A stretch of DNA of 64,000 nt from Calditrichia bacterium (GTDB taxonomy: Bacteria > Calditrichota > Calditrichia > RBG-13-44-9 > J075), in NCBI GenBank assembly GCA_050633245.1, contig JBOEGD010000032.1, positions 32,001 through 96,000 of the forward strand, written 5' to 3'. The notes under the pieces were generated by a model, which saw only the letters and a program-made list of their open reading frames with translations, did not search any database and had not been told where the DNA came from. Both the position numbers and the translations under genes were made by a program. Below are positions 59,535-64,000 of the stretch, in pieces; position 1 is the stretch's first letter; every line of letters starts with the position of its first letter.

Positions 59535-59851
59535 GAAGGCGCTCTCTATTGAGTGGGAATTAAAAACGTAAACCGGTTTTATGATACGAAACTCACGGCT
59601 ATAGCGCTAGTTCGTCCATATTATTATTCGTCTTGAAGGCTGTTCAACCAACGAACAGATGCCCAAAATACATATTATGCTGCCAAAAAAAACTGCTGGC
59701 GTAGCAGGACAGACCTGCTCCTATGAGGAACTCCCTCAACGCTCTTAATGAATTCCATTTTGAATTGTATCGTCTCTTAGACTCGGATATCGGCGTGTCG
59801 CATCAAATACGCGAACCGATATCTTTCACCTGCATAGCAGGACAGGACTAT

Positions 59852-60952
59852 ATGAAGAAAAAATCTATATTACTTATCGATAGTAATCGAGAGCGTCGTA
59901 CTCTTTGCATTAAGGTACTTCGCGAAAATGAATTCGAGGTTATTACCCGCTCCCCGCGTCGGTTGGACCTGGCCTCGATAACGGCACTTGCTCCGGCAAT
60001 TGTGCTCTGTGAAGCTGAACTCTTATTGGATTTAGGTAAAAGTCAGTTATCGGAAATCTATGCAAATCGTGCTGCCGCGATGACGTCTTGTATTGCTATG
60101 ACTTCAAAAACCGGCAAAACTCATTTGCGTAATTTATTATCTGTTGATGTAGATGACCTGCTAATTTCGCCATTTAAGGGCCAGGACTTGCTGGCATCAA
60201 TCGAGCGTTGTTGCGAGCGACGAGAGCGCCTGTTGAACGCAACAGAACAGCGATTGGAAGAGATTCGCGTTTTCTTTACCATGTCTCTGCCTCATGAGCT
60301 ACGAACTCCGCTAAACGGCATTTCCGGAAACTCCGAACTTTTAATTGACCATATCGACCTTCTAAGTAACGATGAGGTGAAGGCGATTGCGCGGGATATT
60401 AAAGCTTCTTCATCGCGGTTGAACCGCGTTTTCAATAACTTTCTAACCTATTCGCAAATAGAGTTCTTGGCTGCAGATCCGGCAAGGCTAGATCTGGTGC
60501 GTCGCCGCAGAACAAGTCAACTTGGTGAGGTATTAGAGGTTCTGGCAAAATTGACGTCGCAGCATTACAAGCGCGAAAGCGATCTTGAGATGCGGTTGAA
60601 TAGTCGAACGCTGGCGATGTCTGAAGAATATGTACGAAAAGTTTTTGGTGAATTGCTGGACAATGCGTTTAAATTTTCTAAAGCGGGTACCCGCGTAAGA
60701 TTTGTAACAAAAATTGACGGCCGCCGTCTTTCTGTTGCTGTTGAGGATGAAGGACGTGGAATGAGTCCGGCGCAGATTGCGCGTATTGGGGCAAATATTC
60801 AGTTCGAGCGCCGCCAATATGAACAGCAAGGTACCGGTATGGGATTGGTCATAGCAAAACGTCTTGTCGAGTTACATCGTGGCAAGCTGCAAATTGAGAG
60901 TCATCCGGATTCCGGAACGCGTGTAGAGGTAATGCTTCCTTTAGGTAAATAG
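59852..60952 (+). CDS. Hybrid kinase: degenerate N-terminal receiver plus HisKA/HATPase
   Basis: LLIDSN..IVLCE; PHELRTPLNGI, ELLDNAFKFS, DEGRGM, GTGMGL; ATG 59852. Confidence 0.88.
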   Translation: MKKKSILLIDSNRERRTLCIKVLRENEFEVITRSPRRLDLASITALAPAIVLCEAELLLDLGKSQLSEIYANRAAAMTSCIAMTSKTGKTHLRNLLSVDVDDLLISPFKGQDLLASIERCCERRERLLNATEQRLEEIRVFFTMSLPHELRTPLNGISGNSELLIDHIDLLSNDEVKAIARDIKASSSRLNRVFNNFLTYSQIEFLAADPARLDLVRRRRTSQLGEVLEVLAKLTSQHYKRESDLEMRLNSRTLAMSEEYVRKVFGELLDNAFKFSKAGTRVRFVTKIDGRRLSVAVEDEGRGMSPAQIARIGANIQFERRQYEQQGTGMGLVIAKRLVELHRGKLQIESHPDSGTRVEVMLPLGK

Positions 60953-61051
60953 GTTTTAGAACGTAAGATATCTGCAGCCCCGGAATACGAAGCACTATTT
61001 CATGCCGACCTTATAAAAATGAAAATTTCTTTGAGAACATCATTTTCTCTT

Positions 61052-62305
61052 TTAATGCCAAATAATAGCAGTCGGTTTTTTTTCTATAACCGGCTTTTCT
61101 AGTTGCGCTGGCATAATTATCACAATCGATTCCCGCAAAAAACGCTGTTGGAGAGAACCCTGACTGATTATCAGCCGAGATCGCTGTTGAATTAACACAT
61201 GTTGTGTTGGCGAGGGGGATAGATCGTTTTCCAAAGCAGGGGCATTTGCAATTGCAAATCGAGGTGCTGTTGTTAACAGAATGACTCCCATTGCCAAAGC
61301 GAAAACCGGCGCAGAATAACGAAAAGTATCTTTTCGTTCCGCATTTTGATCAAGAATTCGCACCACGCGCTTTTTTAATGAACCGGAAGATCCCATTGCG
61401 GCTACATATTCCGGTATTGTCGATCGTTGCTGCATCCAGCTTGCAACGTTTGAAAGGCAGCGAGCGAGATCCAGCGAGCGCCCGGTCTGCTGTAGTGCCC
61501 AATCATCACATAGATATTCGGCTGTTGCTCGCATGCGTAATCTGGCTAAATAGTTAAGTGGTTGAAAAAAGAACAGGGCTTCAACTACGGCAATCAAAGC
61601 AAACCAAAGCGGATCGCGGCGCACAAGGTGCGCCATTTCATGGGCCAGCACGCTTCGTTGTTGGTGGGTGTCCATAGTATCCAGAACCTGTTTGGGAAGA
61701 CATATCTCTTTATGAGAGATGGCAAGTGGACTGGTAATATGCTCAGAACTAGTCAATATAACATCTGGCCGGTAACCGGAATTGTTTTTGATCGCGCTAA
61801 CAGACCCCAAAATTGACCTGTCCGTTACCAGAGTTCTGGGAGTGCGGCGTACTGCCCAATAAGAAAAAAACAGACGAATTAGACCAACTATTGCGAGGAA
61901 GCTCCAACCTGCCAAAAACAATAAAGGCCACGAAAAAGTTGCTGCTGCAGCAGGCTCAAGTTGTGGAGTATGGCGAATATTGCTATTCCGGAAGTAGAAT
62001 TGAGAACCGTTAAGGCTCGTTCCGCTTATCTGGATTGTTTCAATCTGTTGAGATGGTTGTGGGGGCTGAGCATGCGAAACTTCTGTGGCTTGGGGAAACA
62101 GAAAAGACCCGCCAATTGGAGCTAAGTCTCCGGCTGTTTGCATTGTTGCGGTTATGAAACCGGTAAGCAGCGCCGCTTTTAAAAGGGTGTTTTGCAATCG
62201 TAGTTGCCTCTGATCGAGAACAAAGGATATTCCCAGAATGGTCAAAAGAATGATGCTGCTGTGAATACTATAGGTAAGCACCCACGTCATGACGACGTCA
62301 CTCAT
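61052..62305 (-). CDS. BlaR1/MecR1-type M56 metallopeptidase without a penicillin-binding sensor
   Basis: TMs, VLAHEMAHLVRRD, FFFQPL, EYLCDDWA, LKKRVVRIL; start overlaps blaI stop. Confidence 0.9.
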   Translation of the reverse strand: MSDVVMTWVLTYSIHSSIILLTILGISFVLDQRQLRLQNTLLKAALLTGFITATMQTAGDLAPIGGSFLFPQATEVSHAQPPQPSQQIETIQISGTSLNGSQFYFRNSNIRHTPQLEPAAAATFSWPLLFLAGWSFLAIVGLIRLFFSYWAVRRTPRTLVTDRSILGSVSAIKNNSGYRPDVILTSSEHITSPLAISHKEICLPKQVLDTMDTHQQRSVLAHEMAHLVRRDPLWFALIAVVEALFFFQPLNYLARLRMRATAEYLCDDWALQQTGRSLDLARCLSNVASWMQQRSTIPEYVAAMGSSGSLKKRVVRILDQNAERKDTFRYSAPVFALAMGVILLTTAPRFAIANAPALENDLSPSPTQHVLIQQRSRLIISQGSLQQRFLRESIVIIMPAQLEKPVIEKKPTAIIWH

Positions 62306-62693
62306 TGATTTTACCGCCACTTTTTTCACGCTCTTCAATTAAGCGTCGTATATCTTCAAGATCGCTGTTGTTAATTTCAGACTCGCTGACAAGATGATTT
62401 ACCATTGCTTTTACGTCACCTCGAAAAAGCCGGTTCAGTAGATCGCCTACCATAGACTGCTTTACCTCGCCTTCACTGACGCAGGCGCTGTAGAGGTATT
62501 GTCTGCTTTGGGCGCGATGTTTTAAGAGGCCACGTTTTTCGAGGCGAGACAAGATGGTTGCAACGGTAGTTGTGGCAAGAGGGCGAAACCGATTTAGCTT
62601 TTCGTGCACGCAGGCGGCACTGGCTTCGCCTTCTGCCCAGATAATTCGCATAATCTGCATCTGTAAATCGCTGAGTGTGTTATCCTGAGACAT
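62298..62693 (-). CDS. BlaI/MecI/CopY-family repressor
   Basis: LSDLQMQIMRIIW, TTVATILSRLEKRG, LFRGD; AGGGAG RBS before ATG 62693. Confidence 0.93.
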   Translation of the reverse strand: MSQDNTLSDLQMQIMRIIWAEGEASAACVHEKLNRFRPLATTTVATILSRLEKRGLLKHRAQSRQYLYSACVSEGEVKQSMVGDLLNRLFRGDVKAMVNHLVSESEINNSDLEDIRRLIEEREKSGGKINE

Positions 62694-62852
62694 TTCTACT
62701 CCCTTGCTATTCAAACTACAGGTGTCATATATAGAGCTTACGGTTAGCTGAAAAAGATGTTCCGGCACCGCAGAGAAATTTTAGGATAGTTCTGGTTTTT
62801 CTGACGTCTATGATAGATAATATGTACTTACTATAAAGATGGAATAGGGAAT

Positions 62853-64000
62853 ATGAATATATTGGGAATTTCGGCTTACTATCACGATAGCGCAGCATGC
62901 TTAGTGCAAGATGGTAAATTGATCTCTGCCGCTCAGGAAGAACGCTTTACTCGCAAGAAACACGATTTTCGCTTCCCCAACAATGCGGTAGACTACTGTT
63001 TGAGAGAAGCGGGGGTCTCTCCTGCCGATATAGACTATGTGGCCTTTTACGATAAACCTTTTTTGAAGTTCGAACGATTGCTGCTCACTTATATCTCGTA
63101 TGCTCCGGCCGGGTTACGTTCATTTATCCAGGCAATGCCTTTGTGGTTGAAACAAAAAATCTGGATGAAAGATCTCATTGCCAAGGAATTGGACTATGAG
63201 GGCAAGATATTATTCCCTGAACATCATCAGTCACATGCGGCTTCTGCATTTTTACCATCTCCTTTCGAAGAGGCCGCTATTCTTACGCTTGATGGCGTGG
63301 GTGAATGGACAACTGCCAGCTATGGCGTTGGGAGTGCCAACAAGCTTGATCTTTTGGCTGAACTGCGCTTCCCGCATTCGCTCGGCTTACTTTATTCGGC
63401 ATTTACTTATTTTACCGGCTTTCGCGTGAACTCCGGGGAATATAAGCTAATGGGGCTTGCCCCCTACGGTGAACCGCGTTATACCGATATTATTTTGAAT
63501 AAGTTGATTGATCTGAAAGAAGATGGCTCATTCAAAATGGATATGATGTATTTCAATTATCCGGCGGGCTTGACGATGACCAACCGGCATTTCGCATCAC
63601 TTTTTGGCGGTCCTGCCCGCAAACCGGAAAGCGATATTACGCAGCGCGAAATGGATTTGGCGCGTTCGGTTCAGGAAGTAACGGAAGAGATTATGTTGCG
63701 CATGGCGCGACATGTTCACAAAGAAACCGGTCAGAAGAATCTGGTGCTCGCAGGAGGCGTAGCATTGAACTGTGTTGGTAATGGTCGAATTCTACGTGAA
63801 GGTCCTTTCGAAAACGTTTGGATTCAACCCGCAGCCGGCGATGCCGGTGGGGCCTTGGGAGCAGCATTGTTTACTTGGTATCAGTATCTCGACAATCCGA
63901 GATCGCTCAATGATGGTCGCGATCTACAGGCGGGTTCCTATCTTGGTCCGGCATTCGACGACGACAGCACTGAAGCCTGGTTAAACGAAATTGGTGCGCC
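62853..64000 (+). CDS. Carbamoyltransferase, NodU/CmcH family (truncated by window end; absent from ORF track)
   Basis: MNILGISAYYHDSAAC, AQEERFTRKKHD, EHHQSHAASAF, LDGVGEW, HSLGLLYSAFT, GEYKLMGLAPYG, AGGVALNC, QPAAGDAGG. Confidence 0.95.
   Translation, partial: MNILGISAYYHDSAACLVQDGKLISAAQEERFTRKKHDFRFPNNAVDYCLREAGVSPADIDYVAFYDKPFLKFERLLLTYISYAPAGLRSFIQAMPLWLKQKIWMKDLIAKELDYEGKILFPEHHQSHAASAFLPSPFEEAAILTLDGVGEWTTASYGVGSANKLDLLAELRFPHSLGLLYSAFTYFTGFRVNSGEYKLMGLAPYGEPRYTDIILNKLIDLKEDGSFKMDMMYFNYPAGLTMTNRHFASLFGGPARKPESDITQREMDLARSVQEVTEEIMLRMARHVHKETGQKNLVLAGGVALNCVGNGRILREGPFENVWIQPAAGDAGGALGAALFTWYQYLDNPRSLNDGRDLQAGSYLGPAFDDDSTEAWLNEIGA

Noticed and set aside
59676-59845. Small hairpins and a repeated TAGCAGGACAG (about 59702 and 59835) upstream of the kinase, as a possible riboswitch
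   Set aside because: No recognisable aptamer consensus and stems are short; an Rfam/Infernal scan would be needed
379-63984. Numerous antisense and alternate-frame ORFs in the six-frame track (e.g. 1432-1926, 32003-32458, 45056-45457, 63178-63429)
   Set aside because: Shadows of well-supported genes with no motifs of their own
1-64000. Prophage, integron, intact IS, reverse transcriptase, rRNA or tRNA
   Set aside because: No integrase, intact transposase, RT, phage structural or structural RNA signatures seen by eye

Overview
Chromosomal window (about 45% GC by eye) from a Gram-negative bacterium. The fused LpxC-FabZ and the types of LptD and alpha-2-macroglobulin suggest an FCB-related lineage such as Calditrichota (inference). 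It opens with an envelope cluster (bamA end, skp, lpxD, lpxC-fabZ, lpxA, rseP, uppP). Housekeeping genes (holA, murE, mazG, rlmB, lptD, argH) are then interspersed with many signalling and accessory genes. I see no rRNA, tRNA, CRISPR array, prophage or intact transposase. Highlights: (1) A co-oriented trio of a secreted ~147-aa protein ending in PCPPFC, a multi-TM membrane protein and a single-TM hybrid PAS histidine kinase, which may be an uncharacterised ligand/receptor/kinase system. The secreted gene is bracketed by a 16-nt 5'UTR/3'UTR complementary pair. (2) Composite 7-/8-mer tandem arrays that repeatedly begin at stop codons, including a mirror-symmetric 18-unit array. (3) REP-like palindromes beside a decayed RAYT fragment. 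(4) A PrsK/PrsR-like sigma54 module with three identical candidate enhancer boxes and a GG-N10-GA promoter. (5) Several apparently catalytically dead paralogs. All calls come from reading motifs by eye; no searches were run.
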